From the NCBI GenBank assembly GCA_973895155.1, contig OZ316897.1, positions 10,315,832 through 10,379,831 on the forward strand: a stretch of DNA of 64,000 nt. Direction: 5' to 3'. This document shows positions 26,090-38,990 of the stretch, one piece after another. The first letter of the stretch is position 1, and each line of letters begins with the position of its first letter. The translations under genes were made by a program, and so were the position numbers. Under the pieces are notes generated by a model that searched no databases, was not told the DNA's origin, and saw only the letters and a program-made list of their open reading frames with translations. The DNA is from Marsupella aquatica (lineage: Eukaryota > Plantae > Marchantiophyta).

Positions 26090-29000
26090 TTATAAGATGA
26101 CCTTATGTTTTGTTGCACATGACTTATTGGTTGTGTGGAGATGAGAGCCCCAAAGTACTTGGTCCACTTGGATCCTCAGGCCAAATGTGGTGGTCCATTG
26201 GAGTATGATTTGCAATTTTCCAGTTCAATCTCAATCTTCATTGCGAGTGCAATACATTTGTTTACTTAGAATTTGCCACATGCTACCTCTAATATGGCTG
26301 AGTTCCTAATGACCTGTAGAGCATGAATACTCTTGTCATGAAACTTTAATCTTGGTTATATAATTATGCCATTCCAGCTTCAATCTTGATCGGTCACCAG
26401 TGACTGCCTTCTAGCTATGGATTAATACTTGGGAGAAATTTTACATCTAAATGTTTGCAGTCCAGTTTAATAGACCCTCATTAAGTTTGAGTTCTTTTTA
26501 AATTTTCTAGCCTGCCGTAGTGCTATTGTAGCGGTTTCCACCACAAACACAAATGGCTGTTTGTGGCAACGTCAGTACAAACAATTAGTACCGGGAAAGT
26601 ACGTTAAATACTCAAGAAAATTAAAAACTAATGTTCCAAACAACAAAGAGAAGGGGCAAAAAATAAGCTGTTGTAACCCTTTTACTTAGATCTAATTGAT
26701 GGATACATCCAATCAATCATTGGCTAAGAAATAGGATAGTGGACGATTGTGCACAATGGCTACAACAAAGGTGCACCTGAGATTGATAGATGAAATCAGA
26801 TGTTGGTCGTTAATGGTGAAGGTGTGCACTTTAGATCATTCAATAGAACTTTCAGTTAATCAATTATTCTTTACGAACCCCACTAGAGGTCCCTTCCAAA
26901 ATTCCTGGCACCACAGCGTGCCACGTCAACAACAACCCCAACAAACAAGACTCGTCGATTTTGTGAATCAAACTTATAGTTTTCATTCATGTTTGTGTCA
27001 ATTTGGGTGTAAATTTTGGGACGTCGTGCCGTAAAAAGAAAAGTAAAAACATTGAAAATGTAAAGAGCAAGACGGTTAAAACTGTCACTATGTAACCGTT
27101 TTAGTTACTTTTCCAATTTTAAAACTTAAATTCAAAGATTTATAAAAAGTATTTTTCATATAATAAATAATGACTAATAACTAACTTGATAACTCCCTTG
27201 TTAAACCGCAACTCCCGGTATGTAAGGACCTCTCGTATTGTACGGCCATTAGGTAGAGCACATAGAATCTCAGGATCGGGGAGGAGGAATGGCTGGAATC
27301 TTGAAAGTTCATCGAATTTTATACTCAAAACTATTTACTCATTCTCAAAACAAAAAAATACCCAGTCGTAGATCTCATTGAGATCTTTCTTTTGCACCCT
27401 AGATCGCCTTCTAACATGGATGAATAAGATTTCTAGAGGCATTACAAAATGGACGGGAAAGATCGTAAAATCAACAAAATCGACGGCTAGGAAGGCTTGG
27501 ATTTGTTTAATTTTTCATTTGAAAAATATTAACCCATTTGCAAAACGGACAGACCCCATCCATAGATCTATTTGAGATCTTTCTTTTGAGCCATAGATTG
27601 GCCATTATGATGGACGGACGAGATTTCCGGATATAAGAAATGGAGACGGCTCAGATCGACTCTTCCCCCTGATTTTATTAGCCAAGGGGTCCACGAACTA
27701 ATTTAGGGGTTTATGATGTTGTTTATGTGATACTGAGCATTCAGCATACTAAGATGCATCAAAAAGTTTTTTTAGGCATAATTTGTTGTCTCAAGTAGTT
27801 TGGCTGAGGATTTTTTATGTTGCTACCTAGCCTGGGGACCTAATTACTCAAAGCATTTGAAGAACAATGGATGTCTGAAAGGTTTTAATGACCCTTATCA
27901 AACCAATCAAATGAAAGAAATAAACAAAAAAGAAAAGAGTGAGTTAGGGCTTAGAGGGGAAAGAAAGAAACGAGTGGGAGGTGGGGGGTGGGGACGAAGG
28001 GGGACAGAAGATGTGGGGTTGCAAGTTTTGGTGTAGTTGAGCTTAACCACCAATTAGTTTTCACTTTATAGTTAACCAGTACTATGGAATTTAGTTTAGG
28101 GTTAACCACTATTACTGAGAATTGCCTTTTTTTGAGTTTCTTGTCACAGGATTACAGCCTAGTAATCCTGTGCCCAGATCCATTATCCTAATTGCAGATT
28201 ACACTACAAGCTAGTTTGTAGCTCTCACTGTACATCCTACATAACAAGGGGTCCATTTACTAATTGCAGATTACGCTACAAGCTAGTCTGTAGCTCTCGC
28301 TTCATATCCTGCTCCTGTCGTCTTTCGAACGTCTTGCATTGCCAATTCTGAGTTGTTAAGGGTACAACGAAAATTTGTCCTACAATTGGAAATGATATTA
28401 GAGGGATCGTGATCACTTCAAGAAAACGAGTCTTTGATCCATTTCTGGTGACTTTTCTGAAGCACTTTTGGATTTCGCAAATGCCTCCTGGAGAAGGAAA
28501 AGCGATACATCTGTTACTCTTGTATCCCAGGCTTTTCACGCAAGAATTTGTCTTCATTTAAATCGCTTTGGCAAGATTGACTGAGATGCATCTGTCGTGG
28601 AGAGAAATAGAATTGATCCATGTGACAGATGGGTCTGTAGAAAGTTTAGGGTTTCTTTCTCGGAATGTTATGGCACGACTGCTGTGACAATTGTGTTCCA
28701 CTAAAGTTGCAGCTCGAGTGAGTCAAGGAGCATTATTAATTCAGAATACCACAGGAATCCCTCGAGTTGTTTGAACTTCCATGATAAAACTTCCAATTGG
28801 CAAAACTTACTTGACTAAAACATTGAATAAAATTTGCACTGTTTCCATATTCGTGGCCAGAACTGATTTCTTGGTACAATGTCGATTTCGAGTTAGGAAC
28901 ACTTAATCTAGTTAATAGGTCCTAAATTGGCTCCAAAAAGCACCTTTTCATCCGACAGTACACTCAATCACCCGAGATCTGATTAAGAAGGCAATTTCAT

Positions 29001-29839
29001 TAGAATGGATGAGAACAAGTCCATCATGCAAGTTGCCGTGGTGGCCGGAATTCCTGAGTTTTCTAGATGTTGTTTTCTAGATGCTATGTCGAATTCCACT
29101 CTGATGATTTCTAGCTACAGTGTTGATGAACAGGGTAACTCGTTCCCTATCATCGTACCTACGTTCCCATACTGTAATTCTTTCCTCTAAATGGGTGGCA
29201 CACTTTGTAATCAGTTCCATCAAATCATTGCTAGAGTCATGAGGAGGCTATTGAAACTCGTTTCCTATCGTAAATTATCTATTGAGTGCATGTTCGTCAG
29301 AGATTTTCATCGGCCTGTGCATGTGTTCGCTTGTGTACATTGGAAACGGACCTGTATCATACTTTCAGGCAGGCATTGTGGCAACGGATACGTGTTTACT
29401 CACGGGAGGCAAGAGATAGTCGGTATTTGGTTTGTACATTTTGGCATCTTTTTAAAATCCCTAACCCATTGAGCCCAGGTTGGCCAGGGGGTTATGGCCA
29501 GACCCCAAACGATTATGTTAAAGAACCGCAACCAAAATAAAAACGGAAGATGAACAAGGTAGTTTAAGCAGGGCCCAAACGAAAATAAGACTACAATTTG
29601 ACAGAAGGCTTCCTGCGTTGTGAAAGTACACAACCTTTCAGTGTTGGGTTCACGCCCTTTGATTCGATTCCCGCATGTGTGTTTCCATCAAGTCCTTGGA
29701 AGGCCAAGAACTCGTCACGTAATTTCGTTTGTATCCTCTATCTTTTCTCGACTGTTTGGCTTCTGGTGGCAAGACCGTTGGTTTTTTACAAGTTCCAATT
29801 GTGACAACTTATCAGCGGCATTGTCATCATTCTCTGGTC

Positions 29840-30145
29840 CCCGTTCTATCAGCTGGGCGTTCTTCTTCGACTTAGTGCTGATTCGGACTTAAACTTCAAT
29901 TGCAAGTGCCCAACTTTTCGGCTGGCTCGGCATTCTGCTGCTGCGATCATTTCATATTTCAATTCGTGCCCTCCAATCTATGAGCTGGGCGTTCTTTTGC
30001 TGGGATCAGTTTCGATTTCAAATCCTGGTCTCCAATCTATGAGATCGGCGTTCGGATGTTCGGTACATTCCACTTTATAATTGCTGATTTCTAGTCTATA
30101 AGCTGGGCTGTCTGATGTTGATACAATTTCGATTTATCGTCCGAA
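29840..30145. repeat. Diverged ~59 bp tandem repeat
   Basis: ccaatctatgagctgggcgttc (29973), ccaatctatgagatcggcgttc (30032), ctagtctataagctgggctgtc (30091) and a related copy at ~29842. Confidence 0.6.
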
Positions 30146-30677
30146 CCCCCTGCCATCATTCTGCTGTAGGGATCGATGCCAATTCAGCGTCAATCAGTAC
30201 TTGCTTCTGCAGGAGAGGATTGTGGCGGCTTATGAGTAGCATTGAACCCAAATTCCAGTCCTCAACTTATCTATCAGGTGGATAACGGTCAAGTTCTGTC
30301 AGTTCAAACTATGGTGAACAGATGGACTAGATTTCGACGCTGGACAACGATTGGGAACGTTATGGGGCAGGATTGTGCCCAATATTTACTCTCCAAGTAG
30401 TAGAGATGGATTACACTACAATATTTGCGGCAGCTCATTTCTTTCTACTCTTTGACGAGTGATGAAGATGGCCAACAGGTCCAATTCTACATTCCCATAC
30501 GAATGAGGCGGATGGTAGCCAAATTCGTTGTCCGATTAGAGCAAGTAGTAAAAGAGGTCCACATTTGATCTGATGAGTTATGGTTTCTAAAAAATCGCTC
30601 CTCTTCAATCAGTAGTGCTTATGTTGGTCGTGGGTAACAGGGACTGACAATTTCTCGATAATAAGCGGAGCTTACAA

Positions 30678-33600
30678 ATGTGGTCTCAAACTAAGAAGGA
30701 TACAGCTACCAAAACAGTCCCAACACCGCCTCCAGCAGGCAGCTCGGCGACTCGCAAATGGGTCCGAGAGAGTTTCAAGAGGAGTTCCAAAACACAGATT
30801 CCTCGGATCGAGAACCTGCTCGATCCTCTCAAGGGATTGCGTAATATCCCAGTCACCCCCGTCCAAGGTCTTGACGGATACAACCTGAGAGCGTTGAATC
30901 ATGGCCACAAGAACCTTAGACTGGAGGGATTGCAGCAGAATTCGCCAGAAAGCAACTCGAGGCCTGAGAGTGCCTCCTTCACATCTGAGACGACTACGAG
31001 CCAACAGGACATGGAAGGGAAGTCCAGGAAGGTGACCTTCCCTGTGCCACAGCACTGGAAGAGGAAGAGTTTCCTGGGAGTCAAGGAGAAGAAGCCCAGT
31101 CTCACATTGACAGATTTGATGATCGAAAAGGAGACGGCTATTGCTGCAGAGGAAGGCAAAGTGCAGAAATCGAGGGAGGGTTTCATGACGGCGGAGACCG
31201 GTATTGGAACTGGACGAGGAAACTCGCCCATTTACAAGGCAGGTGCTGAGAATTGTTCCCTTCGAGTTTGTGGTTCCCTACTGGCATTCCTTTTTCTCTC
31301 AATGTTTTGTGGGGCAGACGGACTATTGTTCATCTTCTCTGGCAGTACACAAATTTTGATTCGTAAACTCTTGTTGGCGTTAGAACTACAAAGCTAATAG
31401 GGAGTTTGAGAACGGCAGCTCGCTGCGTGTGTGATCCATTACAACTTTTTCTATACTAGTGTTTGGCTCTCTTCTCTTACAAAATCAAAGAAAAGGCTGG
31501 CAGCTTTCCGAATGTGTGGTTTGTTATGACCGTTCCTTACATATGGTGAAACACACGCTCTTTGAGACAACCTTTGGAATCAAAAACATTCCAGCCTCTT
31601 ATCTTAGAGTTTATGTATTCCAGGATCAATCCTCATGATCAAAGGCAATCAAATTGTTCAAATTCATTCTGTCCTCATTGGAAATGCGAATATTTAAATC
31701 GTGAATACCACAAAATTCCAATTTATGTCGACTTCAGCGTCAGGATTAAAAACAAGTGTCCAATTTTCAAGTCATATGCAAAATTGAGATGTAGTCAGGG
31801 AATGCAAACTTGAGCTGATACAGCTTTCAAATTGTCCACCTATGCTTGTGTAGATGCTATTTCGGGGTGAGAATTTTGGTATAGAACCTAACCTCGTAAT
31901 CGGCTGTCATTTCAGAAACAGTTTGCAGAGGAGGATGCAGCATTTGATATAGAGGATGACGCTGTCAATAGCGATGGTATTCCAGCTTTCATGCTCTTGA
32001 AAACCGTGACCATGAAGCCTGTGCAACGTGGAGACAAAGGTACCCAGAATTGATCGCAGCAGGTCACTGGAATGACGAGTGAATGGATGGATGAATGAAA
32101 TGTTTCAACTTCATTGTGGGACCATGACAATTAGGAAAAACAAAAATGGAGCTAACTGAATCAATGAAATAATCACAAAAGCTAAAATTGATAGTCATGG
32201 AAATTTGAATTCAAAGGAGCTTGATCAGGATTGGAGCATGATAATTGCTTAGTCCACATATCCAGGGATTTTGAATGCATCTTTAAATCTTACAGAGCCC
32301 CAAGTGGGCGAAGGTACAGTAAAGCAACCTTTAGGTGCTTGGATGATTTTTACCTAGATTTTGAATCCTGAAGAGGATTGCAAGGTTTAGAGCACTAGGG
32401 ACTAGGACAAATTAGGCTTTATGGACATGGCGCACTTGGGTTTACTTTGATCCTTGTCATTACTTGATCAAGAATTCAATTTGTACGAATTGATGTCTCT
32501 CACTACTGGATTTTATTGCACGGCTTGGACCACCACCATTACAGAGCTTCAGAGGAAAACATCCACCATTGGAGTGAGACTTGCTCAAAAATCCAAGGCC
32601 TTACGTCTGTGGTATGGCGGTTCTCTTGCCCTCTCACTGGTTAGTACATACGGCATATGAGCACTTCATCAGTTCAAAGCTTTCACATCTTTCAGCAAAC
32701 ATAGCAGTGTTGAAGAATAGCAAGAGTTTACTCTGCAGGTTCTATTTCCCATGCTCTGAGAACATGGTCTTGTTTAAAGGGACCATAGCGTTCCCGATTA
32801 AACACTGGGATCACAATTTGGAATTTTGAAATTGGTGGCTTCTACAAGTGCCCTTGAGTAGGGTCTCACGGAACTGTTGTTGGATAGGCATGAGGAAGAA
32901 ACTGGCGAGGTGGCCAATAGGCCAGCAAAACCATTCTATAACGAGAACGCAATCTCATCAGCTCACCTACCGCCTGCTTCACAAGTATCATCTGGTTGTC
33001 CTTGCCTCACCACTTGTGATTTACATACAAGCAATGAAACTTTGCATGTCTTTACCTGTTTTCTTTCTTGAGACGGCTTCTTTCCTACAAGTAGTCTAGA
33101 ATCTAGTTCATTGTGCCTAGATCAGAAACTACTCTACAATTTGTTCCAAATGCTGCCAAACTGTCATTGTCAGTTTGCTAGCTTTTATATCAAATTTGGT
33201 CAAAGACCATCGTGCCAAGAACGAAGACCAGACCACTCTGCAATGTGTTGTAAAAGCCGAGGTCAAAGAAAGTCTTGAAGTGTGCCTTGTTCAAATTTCT
33301 CAGTCAACCAAAATTCAAGTTCTATCTTACACGCAGCGTATATCTCAACAGGGCTAACCTAACAGCGAGCAGCAGCTTAGAGTTCCTGAGTGATTTCAAG
33401 GTGTTGGATTCACAGAGGTCTGTGACTGTTCTTCAGACTTTAAATGTTTGTGTGTTTCCAGAGTAGTTTCAGAGGTGGCAAAGATTTTGTGCAGGCAACT
33501 GACAGCACTCCTTGATGGGTTTGTGCAGATCTGGAGATGGGGAATGCCATCACAAGTTTTATACGTGTCCCTGTATCTCCAGGGCTACGCTTGCCAGAGA

Positions 33601-36600
33601 GAGTTAAAGCTGAGGATCAGAGGACAAATCTTCTAAAGGGTGGCCACGGTAAGCACTCAGGGGAATCTGCTCGTTCTATGGAAAATATCTCAAAACAATT
33701 GAGAGTATTATAGCTAATATTAACTAATACTAATTTGTGAGTAGACGACGTGACTAAGTATTGTTCAAAATCTCCTCGGACTCATATCACCTTTGCATTT
33801 AACTTAGCGGATTGGGTTGTGTGGACATATATCTTCAGGCATGGAAAACACTCTAGCAGATCTTCAAATGCTATCAGAGTCATTCAAGCGAATGAAAGAC
33901 CCAGCTAGGTACAAGGATGAAGCCAAAGCTGTGCTCTCAATGGGTGTTATCTATGATAATCGGATGGTTTGTGTCACTTCCCTGCCAAGTTTGAACGAAT
34001 CCAGTTGTTAGCCATCATTTAATGCAACTTCATTTGGTCCTATCTAGCATGTTACTCAGGTGGATAATATTGCTATGTATGGGCAAGTAGACCTCAATCC
34101 AGGATTTCTTTGCATACTAGATTGGGCATGTCCATCTACTGTGTTTTGTCAAGCATGCCTGAAAGTGTGACACGTTGTGTGTGCCAGGAATTTCCCAAGG
34201 CCCGGGAACATTATGAGAGGTTTTTAGAGCTATGCAAATTGCTTGGAGATACTGAAGGAGAAGCTGTGGGTTACAATTTTTTGGGCTGCAACATTCAAGA
34301 ATCACAAGATTTAAAGCTAGCTTGCCAAAGAGACCAAATTGTCCTGGTTCAAGGTGCTCCGATAGTTGACACCCAAGTTCAAATCGAGGTCAGAATACTT
34401 TAAGATCTTCAGGATTAACCTTTTTTCCTCTAAAGGTAGATTGTACATGAGATCTCCCCACAAAAAACACGCGATGTCAAAGCTCCACACCAGCTCTGCA
34501 CTCTACTTCTAGTTTGGCACGAACATCTGAGTTGTGGCTTTCGTTAAATTATATTGCTGACTTCAATTTGTTTTACAGTATGAAACGGCAGCTGACTATC
34601 ACCATAAACATGCTGAGCTCGCTGATGTTGAGGGTAAATTCATAGCATATACAAACTTGGGATTGCTATACGCCACCCTGAGTAAGTGGGGCGAGGCTGC
34701 CAAATGTCACAAGGTTAGCTGGTTTCCAAAGTGACGAGAATTCTTCCCTAAAAAATGTAACAAAATTACTTAGGGAAACAAAATGGTTTATTGGTTAAAC
34801 AAAACTTAGTTGAAGTAATGGGAGCCCGAAAATGGCCCCAGAATGTATTGCCGGCAACCATATTGTAGAAAATGGCCTCCAAATGTATTTGAAACCATAC
34901 TGTACATCATATCGTCAAAACTGTAATTATCAGCCATGTAAGTTTGCTCAAGGGCTCGTGGGAGTTGATGAATTGAGGGGGGCCTAGAAATGGCCCATAA
35001 TGTATTGTAGTCAATAGCCTCCCACGTGTATTTGAAATCATATTGTACAGCATAATTTCTGTATTGTGGTCATTTCAATATTGTGATCGCTTTAAGTTTG
35101 GTCAATGGCCTAGCTTAGTCAAATATTCAAATGCTTTTCATGACAAGTGAAACATGTTGCTTCACGGGAAATACAGAGGTGGGACACTCGCTTTCACTAG
35201 CTTTGTCAGTTAAAACAGGTCCCTTCTGATTCAAGTGTCATTGCATCCTGCAGAAAGCATTGAAGTGTGCCACATTTCTGGATAGTCCCCAAGAGCAGTG
35301 CATTGCTGTGGGAAATCTTGGGTTCCTTTTATTTCGTCGCAAGAAGATGATGCCTGCCAAAGCCTGTTTAACCAGGTGTCTTACCCTACAACCCTGGCAA
35401 CGAATTCTCAACTTGAATTTCTTCGTCCTTCCTTGAGAAATTTTCAGACAGCCAGAAGTAGGATGTAGATTGGTTTTTGACCAAGTAATTTTGATTTTGC
35501 ATGGCACAGGTATTTGCAGATTTGTAGGCTGCTTGGGGACGTTCAAGGTCAAGCCAGGGCCCACTACACACTTGGCAATATTGCTACCCAGATGAAGAAG
35601 TACTGCTCATTTCATTTCTTATTGTCCAGTGAATTTTTCCTTTCTGAGAGTGAACCATGTAAATGCTTAAACCAAGGCATGATAAATAATTAAACTCGTT
35701 CCTCCTGCCTTCTGTCTGGCATGCTGTGTTCTTTGCTGTTGCATTATTATATCTGCACCTTATTTTTCATATTAATGACAACAAAAGAATAAAGGGGAAT
35801 GTTGAATCCACCCAATGAATTTACTCCATACATGCCAAAACAAGCTCCACCGTTGATGCAGTAGGTTCATAGGCTTCAAAATTCTGGCACATCATCAAAG
35901 TTGGGAGGTTTTAGTGATTTGGGGGTGAATATTGTGAAACCCCAGGGTGGATTTAACATTCCCCTAAGTAATGTACTTAGGCATATAACTGAAGAAAGGC
36001 TTTTGACTCCCAGTTAAAAACTTTAAAACTTACAGTGAAAATGAAAACAAAAATTCCTTAGGATATTTTTTGGAGGTATAGCATTTTTTCTTAATATTGA
36101 AATTTTCATTTTTGTATTTTCATTTTAGTGTCTCTCAAGAAGGTTCATCTTTGTATTATTTGGATTTTGAAATACTTTGGCACGCATCTTATGGTTTTTA
36201 AAGTTTTGCTATTCTAGACTCTTACTTCCTAGAAATCTTAAATTTCAATTTTGAGAATCCAATCTGGATTATCACCACAATATCTCTTCGTGAGTGACAG
36301 AAATGATATTAAACAGAGTGGACACCTCCTGTAAGTTCTCCTCATTTTTTTACTAAGTTTACGGTTTTGATCAACTCCTACCTGCTCTTCTCAAGCCACC
36401 TCTGCCATGGCAGTCAATGCTTCAGCATTAAGCGCCCCCTCCTCTCTTGTCACCTCGGTCACCCCTGGTGAGGGCATTAAAGGCTTGGAAGTTCCCTCCT
36501 TTGTTGCCACCTCACTTGCTACCTCTCTCACCCTTGTTCGTAGCGATCAATGCCTCACACACTTTATTTTAAGTTAAACTGACCTTATTTTATTTAAAGT

Positions 36601-37272
36601 TAACATAAAAATTACTTCTTAGAATAGAATAAGCCTAGGCTTTTTAAATTTGGATAAGTTAGAACAAGCATCTCATAGAACCGTGCAGCTATATTGGAGA
36701 CCCATGATGTTTATGAACCTTGTTTTAGGCTCCCTGATCTACACTATCAAAGTATCAATATCTGTGAATCTAGACCCACCTTGTAAAGTTCCAAGTACCC
36801 ACAAATGATTAATCCACCATTGTCAATCACAAGACCTGGATTCACCAGGCTTCGCCATTAATAGTAATTTCTTTTGTGGAGGAAACTGGCACTATAGGGG
36901 AAGAGAGTGAGTGGAATGTGGACAAAGAGGGAAGTACTGGATACTTCCACTATATATGGCCAGTAATGGTTTAAAATTTTAGACAAAGTTGGGTCTTATT
37001 CTTTTGTCTTTCAATACCAATGTCCAAGCAGTAAATGATCATAGACTGAGTGAGTTTATATCTCTCTTGAACAATTCAGATGGGAGGAGGCAGAAGCGGC
37101 ATTCAAAGCAGCTGTGAAGGCAGCAAAAGTCTATGGAGACAAGCAGATTGAGACTTTCTCCAAAGTGCAGATTGGGATTGTAAGAGGCAATGCTGCATTC
37201 ACAAAGCGCAAAGCCTCTTTTGAAGAGTACAACCCAGACATCAGCATGTTTCTGCCCACAGAGACCATTTGA
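30678..37272 (+). CDS. Tetratricopeptide-repeat protein with disordered N-terminus (TTC29/TTC28-like), multi-exon
   Basis: Exons: 33839-33966 (KDEAKAVLSMGVIYDN), 34188-34388 (EFPKAREHYERFLELCKLLGDTEGEAVGYNFLG), 34579-34713 (YETAADYHHKHAELADVEGKFIAYTNLGLLY), 35254-35374 (ALKCA..EQCIAVGNLG), 35510-35599 (YLQICRLLGDVQGQARAHYTLG) and 37080-37272 (WEEAEAAFKAA..KVQIGIVRGN..TGA). Linkage of the 5' exon 30678-31240 is inferred. Confidence 0.75.
35793..35965. mobile_element. MITE in an intron of the TPR gene
   Basis: 21-bp terminal inverted repeats aggggaatgttgaatccaccc / gggtggatttaacattcccct (1 mismatch), with TAA-like flanks. Confidence 0.7.
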
Positions 37273-38779
37273 AACACAATTGAATACTCCCTTGGTCAGT
37301 TTTGGTAATGCCCTCTTGATATCGTGGTGAGAAATTATTTCTGACCAGGGCCACCTTGTTGGCAAAATCTAGGTTCACCCCAGGCAATTGTTTACCAAGC
37401 TCAGGCCCTTGTAGAAATTTACAGACAGTAGTTGTACAGGCTCTAAAATGTCTTCACAAGTTATAGGATGTTTGGAAGGATTCCTTAAGGCATGCAGGGG
37501 ACTAAGTAGTTTCAATGGTTGACTTGTGGTCCCATTCTGAGTTTGTTTTCTATTTTGGCAAGGATTAGGATCTTTAATCTTTAATGAAGCCAGGTTTCGG
37601 CAATGATGGCTATGGTTTCTTGCATCATGAACAATAGTGAGTATTTGTAACAGTCTAATTCCAAGATTTGGAAGTCAAAAAGTAGACCAGGGCAAAGCAA
37701 GGCCTTTTCGCTTCTCTATGGACAGCCTTCATTGTTCTATACGCTGTGTTGTGGCTTAAACATGCTTGTATTTTATTGTCCTAATCAGCTAAGACATAAT
37801 TTTCTTGGAAATTTATTTGGAACTCACTCTCATTCTAAAAATTCTTCAAGCACCCACACCTGTGAGGCTAGATAGTCAGCTGCTTTTGGGAATAAAGGGT
37901 GCCAAAATCGAACTAATCTAGGCCACCCTCAATCGCCCTCCCTGGTGATGTCCCTATTGAGAACTTATTGTGGAGAGAAGGTCAAAGACATGCAGTAGCG
38001 ACTATACTAGAAGCATCACATCTCCAGAAATATTTTTAGTGGTCACGAGATGTGTGATCTCAAATCTACCCTAAACCTACATGTGATCCCCTGATGGTGA
38101 TTAGATTCTTCTAAGAATCAACAGATGTGATGATATAATTGACAATGTAGTCCCCCAGTGGGCGGCCCTAGAAGTTTGCGGTCCTAGCAGTTTGTGGGCT
38201 AGATTGTGCTGGTGAGATCGGGCTAAACCATTTGCTGTTGTGAGCAGCACCAAACACATGACAGACTAATCCCTCCCTTGTCCCCCACTCCACCATATTT
38301 AGTTACTAGCTAGTCAAGTACTGGTCTTTATCTGTTGACCATTTCTCCTTGCCACCCCTTACTTCTCTTTGAGAATGAGGAATAGCTGGATAAACAGAAA
38401 CAAAATGTGGCTAGAACCCTCACTAGTTTAGAGTAGTTCCTTCTTTTTGGTCTGAAAAGGGGACAAGGAAACCTGCCCACCAGTGTAAGAGCACTCCCAT
38501 CAGCACACACCAAACAGCCCCGCCATGTAGGAGACTTAGTAGTCCGGTGTGGCCACTTGGCAGATTGAGTAACTGCAGAGACATTATTTTGATCAAAAGT
38601 GAGAGGGCCAATAATGGTATTTGATTGGTCTTGGTGGGACAGGCTTTGTCCACTTTGGACCACAGAAGAGGGCACAGTGGGGGTTCAAAAAATAAGCCCA
38701 CTGACTGGTCCCCCTATATTCACCCCCGCCCGGCTCAGTAGTGGGCTGGTGGAAGTCTTGTGGAAGTAGTCTAAGTGCC

Positions 38780-38990
38780 AAAAAAAGAGTCTTAACAGGA
38801 CCCCTTTGGCATTTCCTAGACTTAACGGGGACCCTTGTGACTAAGATGCCATCAAGATGGGCAAGATGGGCCCTTGCGACTAAGATGCCATCAAGATGGG
38901 CAGTCAGAGGGGTTCTTAAGTCTTCATGCATTTTGTTGGACTGTTAAGTACAGGAGATGCCAGAGGGTCCTGTTAAGTCTTTTCTTGTCT
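38780..38990. mobile_element. MITE-like element with ~40 bp inverted ends and an internal direct repeat
   Basis: cttaacaggacccctttggcatttcctagacttaac versus gttaagtacaggagatgccagagggtcctgttaag. Internal gactaagatgccatcaagatgggca occurs twice. Confidence 0.6.

Noticed and set aside
25296-26100. Many overlapping short ORFs on both strands
   Set aside because: Artefacts of translating the tandem repeat.
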